From Chrysomallon squamiferum (lineage: Eukaryota; Animalia; Mollusca), in the NCBI GenBank assembly GCA_012295275.1, contig CM022665.1, forward strand, positions 23,808,001-23,872,000: DNA of 64,000 nucleotides, read 5' to 3'. Of this stretch, positions 49,537-62,884 are shown in pieces. Every line of letters begins with the position of its first letter. The stretch's first letter is position 1. A program made the position numbers and the translations under genes. The notes beneath the pieces are model-generated. The model had not been told where the DNA came from, made no database searches, and saw only the letters and a program-made list of their open reading frames with translations.

Positions 49537-52500
49537 CCCCGTCTAGTGGGTTTTATTTTCAAATAATTATTCATTTAAATAACCTGTATTTAAAGATTTT
49601 ATAGTAAAAACAAACTCTTAATTTCTTTTTTTTTTTTTTGTTTATTTTTAGTCATTTCTGTATTGGCTTTTTCACCCCTTATTCTCTTCACTATTAATAA
49701 ATCTCAACTTAGAACGTAATATCTCCATTTTGTTGAAGTTATAGTCACTTTAGTGTTTGTGATCTTAACTGTTAATACATAGCATTGTGTTATCTTGATT
49801 CTGAAGTTTTATCATTTATGTAAACATTTGGTATTATTTACTTTACTTTATAATAGTTTATGTTTCATACTGATAAAAAAATAATTATTGTCAGAAATTG
49901 TTAGATCCTGTGCAATTCAATGTTTCAATAATTATAAAATTTTAATCAAATATAAAGTAATTAATTCTTTTCTGTGTTCTTCCCAATGATCACATTCTCT
50001 GGACATTCACGTGCATGTTCTTGTTGCTTTCTGCTTCCTACTCTTGTAAAGATTTATGCTACATTTTAATTGTATGCTTAATTAATATAGTTTGACTTTC
50101 TCACCATGTCATTTATTCACTAACTTTCTTTATTTGTATGTATTTTTTTAATTATTCAGTGATCTACTTTTTGACATAGATGCAAGTTATTTTTCTTCAG
50201 GGTAATATATGGTTGAGTGGATTCTAAGCAAGAAGTCTTTTTTCATGTTTTTGTCACTTCACATTATTATCTGAGTTATCTGCACTATTCTGTATTTCAG
50301 TGAAACAGTGAAATTCTTTTGTGTGAATTGTTTTGTTTTTATTTGTGTGTGTGTGTGCTGTGACTTTGTTGCTAACAACGTAAGTACATACAAAAATGTT
50401 AAAAAATTTCTGTTAACTCTGAATAAAGAAACCAGTCCAAACTCCTAAATATATTACATTAAAGAAATAAATATGCATCACATTTTGAAAATTGAAATAA
50501 CAATAACGTCTTTAATTTTGTTCACTGGTAAAAATATATAAACAAATAATAAAAATAATGAAAACTCTATCTACTATTGAAATTTGTTTCTCATGTAAAA
50601 TTCATAAATAATATTCACATCTATATTAAACTATTTAATGATAACAAGAAGAAGACAAATTAAATAATGATAACTTTTACTGATTGATGAAAATATTTTA
50701 TTATTAAATTTATAGTGAATGTGCATATTAATACAAATTAAGAAATAGCATTTAGATTGTCAGTTTTCACTTTTGCAGTTTAATAATTAAATTAATTATA
50801 TGCTTTTCAAAAACTATATGACAAAGAATAAGAAATATACAAAATGTATTAATATCTGTATAATTTATATTGTTAAATAACATAAATTGTTGTTTGTTTT
50901 GTTGAATATACTAACATGTACCATAATGGAAGTGAAATGAGATTTATCATCTTTGTCAGTTCATTGCCTTGTGTATTTTGTATCAGCAGTTGTATCTATA
51001 GAAAATTAGTTAATGCTTAATTATTATGTTTTTCATAACCTTTTTCATTTTTCATTCCTATTTCATTTTTAATTCATTTTTAAATAATTATTTTGTTTTA
51101 AAAGTATCTTTTATTGTTCTCATTTTGATTGTTTTGGTTACGTAATAATTTTAGCATGTCATTTCTTAAAAACAGTTTCCCCCGTTTTCCTTTTTTATTT
51201 TTTTAAACTAATTGCAACTAACCAGTTTTCATGGAAAATTCTTTTTCAAGTTGCTATCTTATCTTTATGAAGAAAACATATTTAGAAGCATGTTTTCTGT
51301 TTTAGGTAAAGTTTTATAGATTTTTAGCATGTTTTAAATTTGCATATTATATTGATATTTAATAACTGTTATGTTTTTAAATTTGTTTTTTTTAGTGAAA
51401 GACTTCGGCCAAGATCTCCAGAAAAGCAAGATTCAGATTCAGATTCTGGTATTTAAAATTTTTTAAAAGCCGATCAAGAACTTTAAAAATAATAATTTTT
51501 TGAAAAAAAAAAAATAAAGAAATATGGTGGTTATTGTTTGTCCTCAACTTAAATGTCATATTATTCTCTATTTTATTTTATTTTATTTTATTTTATTTTA
51601 TTTCATACCTGTATGAATGTTCCTGCTTTATCTGATAAACACATATGAGGTTATATTTTGAATTATTTCAGAGATTCCTGCCATACCTGAATTAGAAGAC
51701 CAACAGGAGGAGGATTTGTCCTCCAAAGTAGCAGTTGCACCAAAGTAAGTTTAATTTCCTCAGTTTGACATACAGTCGTTAAATTTGTTACAGTCAGAAG
51801 ATTTTATAGAAATGTATTAAAGATCCATATTTATTAAAAGATGAGAAATTGATAAGATTCTTATAGATATTATCTACTTACATATTTTTCTGCCTTTGTT
51901 TTAAGGTTGTTGTTTCGTTTTATTTTTCTCACTTGAAACATATATCAGCTGATACTGGAACAGAAGTGTTTTATATGTTTAGAATTTCATTGACTTTTGA
52001 AATTTTGTTTCTTAACTGATGAATGAAATTTAAAAACTTGTATTAATATTTTTATTATTTTTATTTAGTGTTGCTGTTAACAGGGTGGCAACTTATAGAG
52101 AATTGGACAGTGACCTTCTTAGACAAGCAGCATTTCTTACTTTGGTAAATAATTGTAAAAAAAAAATTCAACCAACAAATTTGAATTATGTTATTAAGAT
52201 AACTGAAATGATCTTATTAATAGTATAATTAATTAATTATTTTATAAGAAAGACAAATAATTAGTAGTCTTTCTTCTTTTGTTATTAACTTAACTTCTTA
52301 TAATTAGTTATATAATTGTACATATATATAAAATCAAAGTTATTCTAATTTAGAATGAAATAAAATTTAATGCACATTGAAGTATATTCCCATCATGTCT
52401 GCTGTCTTTCTACATATTTTTTTTTCTAATTAATTTCCTGAATTCTAATGAATTTAGAAAAATTATTATTACATTTAGTTCAGCATTTATTATATATAAA

Positions 52501-53074
52501 ATTTACATTATATAGTACTGAATGTATTTTATTATTTTTTTCAAAACATTTCAGGATGGTGAAATTGATCTCAAATTACTGGCTAAGTCTTTGTCACCAG
52601 AAGTAGATGTGATTGAGGTAATTACTTGTAAAAATAAGTGTAAAAACTACCTTCCATTCCCATTTAAAATTTATTTTTAAAAACTCTTATTTAAAAACCC
52701 TAGAAAATATATCTAACATTAAATTGTTGTTGGTTTTTTTTGGGGGGAGGGGTTTTGTAGTTTTTTTCAGTTAAGCTTCTTTTTTGTTGATATGTCAGTG
52801 GAATTTTAAAAAGTCATAAAATAAATAAAAACAGTATGTAGATAATCATTATTTTATCCATATCAAGTAACTGGTGTTTAAAATCAGCTAAAAGATCTAC
52901 ATGGAATTCAAATTACTGAATGTTATTTTATCAGTTTTTTTTAAATTGATATTTCTACAGGAAGACAGGCCATGGGACTGGGATAGGTTGTTTACTGAGG
53001 TGACATCAGAAATACTTATGGAATTGGAAAAAGACGAGCGGCCTGAAGCAGACCAGCCTGTTGGAATAGTCTGA
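46273..53074 (+). CDS. IFT43: Intraflagellar transport protein 43; 9 exons, about 210 aa
   Basis: Exons: 46273-46314, 47219-47320, 47710-47780, 49064-49102, 51396-51448, 51672-51744, 52069-52144, 52555-52617, 52961-53074 (sum 633 nt). Motifs AKQGRRA, GWG, IPAIPELED, VAVAPNVAVNRVATYRELDSDL, DGEIDLKLL, EDRPWDWDRLFTEVTSE. Confidence 0.88.
49498..49528. repeat. (AC)n microsatellite
   Basis: Direct reading. Confidence 0.9.
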
Positions 53075-53685
53075 GTCACTGATTGGTTGTTATTGTTGTA
53101 ATTAAATTTAATAAACTGTTATGCAGTATCTGCATGATGCAAGGAAAAGCAAAATTAATAAAAGAAGTAAAATGTTAAATTTTACGATGACAGTTTATCA
53201 GTTTCTGTTCAGAAGTTATAATCATTTGAAGAAAACCGTCCAAATCAACACAAAAAAGAAATATGTTGTGTCACCAGCATTTACTTCAGTTTTGTTATTT
53301 AATGTTTGTTTATATATGTAACATCTGCAGTCAATAAATTTATCTGCATTTAAATGTTATTTATTATTTATTTCTTTACACACTTTTATGTGTGTAGTCA
53401 AGGACAGTTATTTTTATTTATGGGACATCTGTTGTTAAAGATTAATAATTAGTTATATTAACAAGACAGAATTTGACCTGTAATAGTTTTTTAGTATTGA
53501 TCATAAATTTTCAAAATATCTCCTCCTTTTACAAAACAAGACTTGCCCTCAAACGAGATTTTGTGAAGCCTTTCATTTGTCATTTCTACAACCACTTTTG
53601 TGCACACTAGGTTACATGATTTCAAATTAGTACATATTCTGAATCCAAATGCCAATATAAAAAGCATTTTTGGAAATTGAACTTT

Positions 53686-53752
53686 CTTTGACACCCAATA
53701 GCCAACATTTTTTGTCCTAGGGTGTTGTTAAACATTCATACATTCATTCATT
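53686..53752 (+). repeat. SINE-like 3' tail, copy 2
   Basis: ctttgacacccaatagcc...tcctagggtgttgttaaacattcatacattcattcatt; similar to 27870-27935. Confidence 0.55.
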
Positions 53753-54786
53753 ATATAGAATGTTAGCTACTGTCTTAAACTACAAAAACCATTTGGTGAT
53801 AAGCTTAAAAAGAAAAGAAAAAAAATAAATTAAAAAAACTCCAAGAAACCATGCCTTTTGTATTAAATTATTTTATTTTAAAGTTTTGAATTAATTACTT
53901 GTATATATTAAAAGGTTGTAAGTATTGTTATATTTGTTATGTGTTTGAAACAGCATTTTTTATCTGCTGTGATTAGAGTATGGGATAAGTGATAAAATAT
54001 ATCAATAAAGAATAACTTGATAATAATAAACAACAAAAACAACTTGGATCGGTTGAAATTTGATTTATTGAGACCTTCCATATACATATGTAATTATCCA
54101 GAACAGTTTCAAATTATCTGGTGATCACATCAGAAAACATAAAAATACTGATGAGTTTTATTATAAAATACATTTTCAATTTATATACATACATACATAA
54201 ATATAATAAACAATGAAGCTCCATCTTTTCTTTTAAAAACATCTATTACTATTAATAAAAATAGACTGATTAAATATTCTGTACACCGATATCTTGCACA
54301 TGTTAACATCTACAAAATGTTATCTTTTTAATAAATAAAAGTGCTCACATAACACACCAAACCATTAAAGACAACAAAGGTATATATACTTGATTTAAAA
54401 ACAATATACCTGTTATAAAGTAGTAAAGCAATAGAACAGAATTGAAAAAATACATCCATTTCTTTTCTTCTCAGATATAAATTATCTACTTATCACAAAC
54501 AATAAAACTTACTTAATCACAGTTTAACAGCAGTGCAAGGCAAAAGATGAAATATACTTTGTGAATTAAAACAAAATGGTAAAATTGGTAACTAATACTG
54601 TTTCCTTAAGAAAAATATTTAAAATAACATAACAGTTTTGTTAACATAACAGAACTGTATAAACTTCTGTCTAACTTCTGTCATTTGAACATTAATCATA
54701 TTCCACATCTGTCATACAAAAATGTAGCCATTACATTAACATACAGCGAACTGATCTTAAGATAAAACGATCTTCTTGAAATTTAT

Positions 54787-57700
54787 TTAGACTTGACCTT
54801 TTGAATATGTGTCATTTAACTTGCTGAATATTGGAATTGGTGGCACAATCGTTTTAAATGGCTGAAATGAAATAAAAACAATAATATTGTAAGGTCATTA
54901 AAACAAAAAAGTTGAATTTTGCTAAATATTAGGTTCATAAATATCTGAAATAACAAATGTATGTCATACAATTAATTATTAAGCTGAGTGTATGTGTGTG
55001 TGTGTGTGTGTGTATATTTTTATTTTTCAAAGAACTAAAGTATTTTATTAACAATGATAAATAGACATACAAAAAATAAAAATGACAGCCACAACCAAAT
55101 CATTTATTTAATTTTGCAAGTGTATTATAAGATAACACATAAAAAGGATATATTTGATTATTTTTTTTTAAAATCACAAAACAAATACCAGGTTTCTTAA
55201 AAGGTTATAGTTTTTAAGATAAAACTCACTTAAAACCTTTTAATTTCCTTAAAAATAATTCATATTTTTCTCTGAAGAAGACAGAATAATTAATCAGAAA
55301 CAGAAACAATTTTCATTTCAAGCCAAGATAAATACCTCATGAGTAATATGTTTCTGAGGAAATTCTTCTCGGAAGTACTTAGTGCCATAAGGTAGATGAC
55401 CATATCGTGATGTTGAATATAGTAGTGGTTCATATGGTTTCTCACTCTTCACAAATGGAATGAACCTGTAATAATACATTTTCATTGAGACAAGGAACTA
55501 AAAAAATAAAATAATAAAAAAAATTAAATAAAAATCTAAAATAAAAAAATTAAAATCTTTTTCCATTATGTAAAAGAAAAAAAAATTCTGCTACTCCTAA
55601 CAATCATTTTCATACAGACATTTTAAATTGAAAATCCTTAAATGTTTTATTTTTTTTATTTTTATCTTATTACATGTCATAGATATCTTCAACCTACATT
55701 ATTTACAAAATGCCTAAAGGTATAAAGTAGTAAATTTATCAGTGTTAAAAAACATACTTGTCATCAATCAGACGGGTGACCCATTCTTCAGCTTTCATCT
55801 CTTGTCTTGCTTTTTCTAGAGAATAGAATGAAGTGGATACCCGCAGGGATGGCTGGAATGGCTTGTATCTTTGATTCTGGACCTCATCTGGATCACGGAA
55901 TGGTCCCTGTAAAAACATTTGTGTTTTTTTTGTTATTCTGAAACCTCAGTATCACACTATCACAGTCAAGGTAATGCTTCAAAATTAACAAGCTATAAAT
56001 ATCTGACTCATAATAACAGACATGCATGATTTTTAAATAATAATTATAATATAAATTTTTGTAAATGTTTTAATGTAATAAGAATTAAATATTAACATTA
56101 TCATTTCCAGACAATTTAAGAGCCAAGTATAAAGTCTGCACAAACAAAAGAGGAATATGTTATGTAATTAAAAATAATACAAGAATATTTTATCTAATTA
56201 ATAATAAATATCTGTAATAATAATTAAAACAGTCAAAGCTAATTCAGCCATTTCATTTAATTTTGTAAACATTTAAAATATGAACATATATAACATGTGC
56301 ACACACACACACGCACATACCATCCACAGAAAGTATTACAATTATATTAGATTACATTTATTTTCAGTAAACTGATTAAATGTTAACATTTTTAAAATCC
56401 AGTTACTTCTGAATGAACAAAACAGTACAATACAACATGTCTTGAAAGGAATGATATCGAGTTTCTAAGGATAAAACACATTTTTGCCTGATACAAACAC
56501 ATACCTGAGGTTTGTTGGGAAGGGGTGGCAAAGAGTCAGGCCGGGGCAAGTTGTAACTTATCCATGCAGGATCATATAAATGTTCTTCCTTTGGTTTCTT
56601 CTTCCTTCGGATAACTGGCTTCACACTTCGCAAGAGTAATTCCTCATCTGTTGGATACCTAAAAATTTGCCACAAAAATGTCAGATATTCTGAAATATTC
56701 AATAAATGAATAATTATTTATTTAACAAAATCTCAAAATATTTTGCATATGACCAGCAGTTAAATGTGAATGTGAATTTTTCTTTTAATGAGTCTAAAAA
56801 GGAATCTGAACTATTCTATTGATTTACATTTGTAAGAATTTGCTTTCAGAAAAGATAGTATCTCTTGATACATCTTCATGGTGCCTAGATTAAAACTGGA
56901 AATTATCCTATGCACCCATAGCTACCTATAGCCTTCTATCTTTATGCTGAATTAGTTTACATACCTTACATCAGTGTATACCTTGTAAGAATTTACTAAC
57001 AAATTAATTAGATAACAACTATTTTTTTTAATAGTAATTTAAAAAAATAGCTAAATGTATGTATGTATGTATGTATGTATGTATGTATGTAGTAAATAAG
57101 CAGGTGTGTATATATGCATATCTATTTTTATAAAAGTATGTTTTTGTTAACATACGGTTGAAATGGAGAATTGTAGATTCCTGGAATACATTCTGTACTG
57201 ATCAGATAATGTGTTCTCATAGCAGCCATCTCCTGCATTTTCCTTTTTCTTTGTTCTTCAACTTTTTGTCGAATCTGAGCTTGGTGCTCTGCAAATTCAG
57301 CCAGCTCACTTCTGAATTTTTGTTAAAAATGATAAATTATTATAATATTGATAAAATAATGTGGTTTTTTTTTTTTAATAAAACACATGAATCCACATTA
57401 TGAATTAAGGTAAGCTATTTATATAATTATATATTTTTTATAACTTTTGTGTTAAAGAACTACAAAACTCATACATTTTTAATTTTAATAAACTATTAAA
57501 CTAAGATGATTACATTTTGGTGTAAAAAAATATTTTTTAAAAAAAGAAGAAGAGAGGTATAGTATAACTCATAAACAAAATCTGGAGTTTTATCATTCAG
57601 ATCAAAAAACCCTTCGAAGCAACAACAGTTTTTCATAATTCCAAATTTTGTTATGCAAACGTCTGTACTAACCTGAATATTTCATTCTTGATTTGCAAGG

Positions 57701-60285
57701 CTTCAAGGTAGCGCTTTCTACTGTAATAGTTGGAGATGTATTTCCTTACATAGTAGCCACGCCACATCTTTTGGATCTGTTTTAGAAACAACTTAATATA
57801 TAATCTGAATAAAACATACTAAAGATTCTTTGTCAGCATAATTCATATTAATCTAAAATTATAAATAAAAACACTTACAAATGGCCAAATACACAAAACT
57901 GTTTTTTTTCTTAAATGCTATTGTTTAAACCTTTTAAATGTTGATTTCATAGTAAAATGAATGTGAAATCATAACAAATTTTAAAAAATTTCCTTGCCTT
58001 CTCTTCTTAGGAATAAAATGAAATATTAATGAAAATGTGATCAGAATCAGTGATATCAGTGCACTACCTACAAATGATTGACAATTAAAGAAAAACATCA
58101 TTTGAAGAAATAAACATATTTACTCTTGAGGCCATTTCGTTGTAGTTGTTTAGCTTCATAATAAAAACACTGTTCTGAAAAAAGGAAATAAGACAAATAG
58201 AAATGATTCAACACAATGTTATTACTGGTAAATGGAAATACTTTATAAACTGACAAAACAGAGATTCTCAAAAAATATGATAAGCAAAACTGGATCATAT
58301 TAACAATCTGGTTTTCACATATTAAAGTAACAAGATAAATAACTGCATAATTGTACATGTTGGTGTGCGCCTGAGAAGTAATAGATGGAAGGATCAATTC
58401 TTCAACTGGTTTTTCACAGGATGTAGCATTTTCTTACCCACTTAATGATGCAGTGTGTATAAAAGATCCCTTCTTCTAATCAAGGGCTGACAGGGCTGGA
58501 TTTAGATACTGTGAGACCCATTTTGGTAAATGCTACTATCAGATAAATTTAACACATGGAATGAAATTACTGAAGGCTTCTTCAGATTGACAGGCCTGAA
58601 GCTGCTGTTTGTCAATAAGGATATTACTAAATAAATAAATGTGACCAATAATTTAAATTCTGAATTTATTAAATGTTTACTGTTGATGTTAATGAATCTT
58701 AACTACCTTGACCAGTATTCTGAAATAGCGTCTCCCCAGAAAACCTCGCCAGGCTTTCTGAACATTTGTGGCACATCTGTTTAGGAATCTGAAAGAAAAC
58801 AAACCACTCACTGACAATGAATATAAAAAATAAAGGTTTATGTAAGAAAAACATCTATATATTACATTTAAGTAAGATTTAAAACTGATTATAAATAAAT
58901 TAAACAGTAGAAATGCTTTTATATAAAAAATTGTTTGGTGAATTGTTAAATAGTTTATAATTATGTGTTTGTGGTTGTTTTTTTTTATAAAATAAATGTT
59001 TTAATTGTAGTAAATATAATAATACAGTTGTAAAAAAGCTATATCTCTGTGATTAAACTGCAGCTGAATACTTATCAATTCAATTTCAGTTTAATATGAT
59101 CAAATGGTTTATTATTATTTTCTTTCTTTCTTTGTTTTATGGCATTCTAAACTTTTTTTTTTTTTTTTTTTGCTCTTTTCACCACTGAACTTTTAAGCAG
59201 AAATTGCTTGTTGGTCAGTGAATTACTGTCAGTTCATAATAAATGGTTGAAATATAAACAAACAAATAAGTAAATGAAAAATACTTGAATTATCTTCTAA
59301 TTACATTTCAGATGAAAAATGTAGACAAATAGTTAAATATGTTATCTTATTACTGATATGATATACTAGTGTTTTATTAGAGTTCTATTTAAAAAGTTAT
59401 ACTTCAAATAACATCTGCATCTTGTACCACGAAACCAAGCCTGAATTCGTCTTGCTGCTAAGAACTCCAGATTCCTCTGTTCTTCAGCTTCACTGATTGA
59501 AAATAAATAAATAAACAAATAATGAAAAATTATTTATCTGTCACACAACAAACATCTGAAATTTACTGGCAGAATATACCTTGACACATGAAAAATACTA
59601 GTTTATGTGTGAGTTTATTTAATTCAAAATTAAAAAATTAAATATAAATAATATGTAATGAGGTTATTCTATCTTGTACATATGTAGAACTTGAAACTGC
59701 ATATTATATGAGATGTTTTAAAATTCTATTGTAATGGATCTTTAGTGTACTTCTGTTTATGATCTGAAGAATAAAAAATTAACATTTCAGTTTCATTGTA
59801 TCATGGTCCAAAAGTCTCAAAATAGAAATACATGAATGATCATTGATTGGAATAATTTTCACTGGAAAGCCTCTTTATCTGGGAGACTCCAGATATTCTG
59901 TTTTCCTTTCAATATAAATTGTTAGGCATCAAGTTTGGGACTGTCAATTTTGAAATTCTGAATAGACATTAGTGCTGAAAGGGTCATATTTAAGGTTATT
60001 TCGATTTCATAATTACAAGCTGAATGTTAAGAAATGAATGAAGCTTTTTAATGGACAAATAAATAATATGTATAGAGGATTAACTGATGAAGATGTTTTG
60101 ACAGCATTCACTACCTGTAAATCGTTCAGTTAATAAACATGTACAAATACGAAAATTATATATAACAGAACAAAATATAACACAAAAAGTATATTCTATG
60201 AATAAAAAATACTTTACTTTTTCAGATCATAGGTGATTTCCACTATCTCGCCAACTTGTTTCAACAATCGAACCATAGCCGCCAT
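54787..60285 (-). CDS. SPATA17: Spermatogenesis-associated protein 17 (IQ-motif protein); 10 exons, about 352 aa
   Basis: Exons: 60285-60218, 59492-59403, 58788-58707, 58174-58124, 57776-57673, 57311-57156, 56658-56505, 55906-55758, 55465-55336, 54861-54787 (sum 1059 nt). Three IQ motifs (IQAWFRG, VQKAWRG, IQKMWRGYYVRK), plus HYLIST..IPGIYNSPF and KPQGPFR..EV..QRYKP. Confidence 0.88.
57057..57090. repeat. (TATG)n microsatellite
   Basis: Direct reading. Confidence 0.9.
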
Positions 60286-60381
60286 TGCTGTTGATTCTGT
60301 TGTCAAGATAGTGCTATTGCCATTTCCGTTGTTATGTAGTCTCGGTCAGTACATTCGTTTTTATTGAAAATGATTGGGACT

Positions 60382-60395
60382 GTCACTTTGGTAAC
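60382..60395. promoter_or_regulatory. RFX X-box candidate in the SPATA17 / C2orf73-like bidirectional promoter
   Basis: GTCACTTTGGTAAC vs the consensus GTTGCCATGGCAAC, midway between the two ATGs; ATTGG (reverse CCAAT) at 60373-60377. Confidence 0.55.
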
Positions 60396-60471
60396 CAGTT
60401 GAAAACAATATGGCGATAGTATAATACAATATTCGGTAGTTCAAGCATAGATTTAACAACAAAACCTCAAA

Positions 60472-60796
60472 ATGGCAATCTATATGCCCCCGCTTGCAAG
60501 AAAGAAAAAAGTGCCAGAGAAATATCAGTATGTGAATCAGAATTAGTTCATGTTTTTATTGTATAGAATAGTCAAAACGTTTTAAAACTGTTCTTTTGAT
60601 CTTTTGAGCAGGTGTTTTATTTGTGTCAGCAATCGTAATTATGATATTATGTTTTCTTATTTACATTTATATATTTTGATTTTGTTAAAATTATATGTTG
60701 GTTTCAAACTTGAATTGCATTAACATTAAAACAATAAATTATGATTTAATGTACATGTCGGCTCAAATATTAAATGTATTTACATTCATGTATGAA

Positions 60797-60837
<41 letters not shown>

Positions 60838-60967
60838 ATATCAAATAGATTATAAATAGGGATGCTATAAATAATAATAATAATATTATTAATATTAATA
60901 ATAATACTGATATAGATTATATCACAAGAAAGAGCACAAACTACTAAATAACTGAACTGTTTTTGAA

Positions 60968-61014
<47 letters not shown>

Positions 61015-62824
61015 GCATGTTTTATAACATAGTCGATTCGAGAAAATGCGGTGTTCTAAATAATGGAAATATACCGTTATTCGGTATATATTAAGTCTTT
61101 CGGAAATTACATCTTTCGTCATTGAACAAAAGTTTATCCCGAAATCGGAACTATACATTAATTAAATTTTTATATTTTTTCACGTGTAACAAATGTGGAT
61201 GGTTCAAATAACCTAAATCCATTGCGCTCTTTATTTATCATATTGACACACAGAATACATGCACATACACACAGAGAGAAAGAGCATAAATATGTAATAC
61301 AAATATAATGATAGTGGCCTTTAATAAAATGTTTTATGTGGTTGTCAATGTATTGCGAAGTATATATGTGTATGTGTGTAAAATGCTGCTTTTTAGAAGA
61401 CAAAAATCTCAATATTTTTCTAAAATAACAACTATATTTAAATAAACACGTTGGTTTATAGATCATAAATTTTAGAAAATCCTAAACCCCGTTAACGGAT
61501 ACACATACATAAACACCCAGATAATCAAGTAATGTATTGTAAATTGTTACATGAGATTTCGTTGACAGTGATGGTGTAATTTCAATCCAAAACACTTACA
61601 CGCATACGTATACATCCACAGAGACACACACACGCATATATATGCATACGTACCATCTTATTAAATATATGCATATATGTATTGGTTTTGTAAACCGCAT
61701 TTTGTTTTTTTACAGTGAACTTGACCATAAGAGAAGTACTCTTCATGTGTGTGTGTGTGTGTCTGAATGAATGAGAATCCTTCGGACATTTATGATATTT
61801 CAGAGAGTAAAGCGGACAGGTTTGAAAAGTGGAAAAACAAAACAAAAAAACAAACAAACTTAGCCGATGAAAGACTGATTATAGCTAAGTACAGAGGTCC
61901 AAATACTCTGTTCTGTAGACCGTGAGCACAAGTTTCAACCAAAAGTTTTATCGTACAGTATTTTTTCAGTTTTTTAACATCACTTATACATTTAGACTTA
62001 TATAAAAAAACGTACCCTTACAAATTTGTTTAATTTTCAAACCAGAATTTAGAAACGTATCAGAATATCCTGTTTTCCAGCAGGTATCTGGTCTTTCGTT
62101 TATCGTACTCATCACATTACATTTTTCTCCAAATTACATAACCAACCAACCAAAATAAAGATACGTTTATTTTTCTTATTTAATTAGGCTTACTCAATTG
62201 TACGTTATGACATGCAACACATTAATCTGAACATAACGGAAGAGGTGCCCGAGCAAATCAAGTTTTTTTTTTGTCATTTTAAACTTACAAACGTAGATCA
62301 GCTGCCATTTACATATAAAGTATAGAGCACGAAAACAAAAACAAACATCCTTTTTAAAACGGAAAAATAATATGCGTAACAGTACATCAATTTTGACGCA
62401 CGTTTTATAAATTAATGACACAAAACAACTTATAAATAAAACAAAATACAGATGTTTCTGATCACGATTTTTTCCCTTCACCAAGGTCGAAACAAGAAAA
62501 GTACATGGAGAAAAAAGGTGGAATTATTTTAAATATGATATATAAATCACAAATATGGGATCCTGAAAACGCTAGCGGAAAAATTACGTCACTGCGATTG
62601 TTTAGCTGTTACGCCATCTACTTATGGTAATTAAAACATTCAAACGTTATCAGTTAGAAGTCCAAACGGTTCGATGGGCAGAAACAGATTTTATTCCGAT
62701 GAATAACATTTAATAAGGTATTTAAATTTTATGAAAAATAATTTGATTAATACATGGTACCAACAACATGACGTTACAATATGTATGACATAAATTAAAA
62801 CAAGACTTTGCAAAATGAGTAATA

Positions 62825-62884
<60 letters not shown>

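Noticed and set aside
50301-50379. AG...GTAAGT-bounded segment as an IFT43 exon
   Set aside because: 79 nt shifts the frame, and the content is low-complexity (TG repeats).
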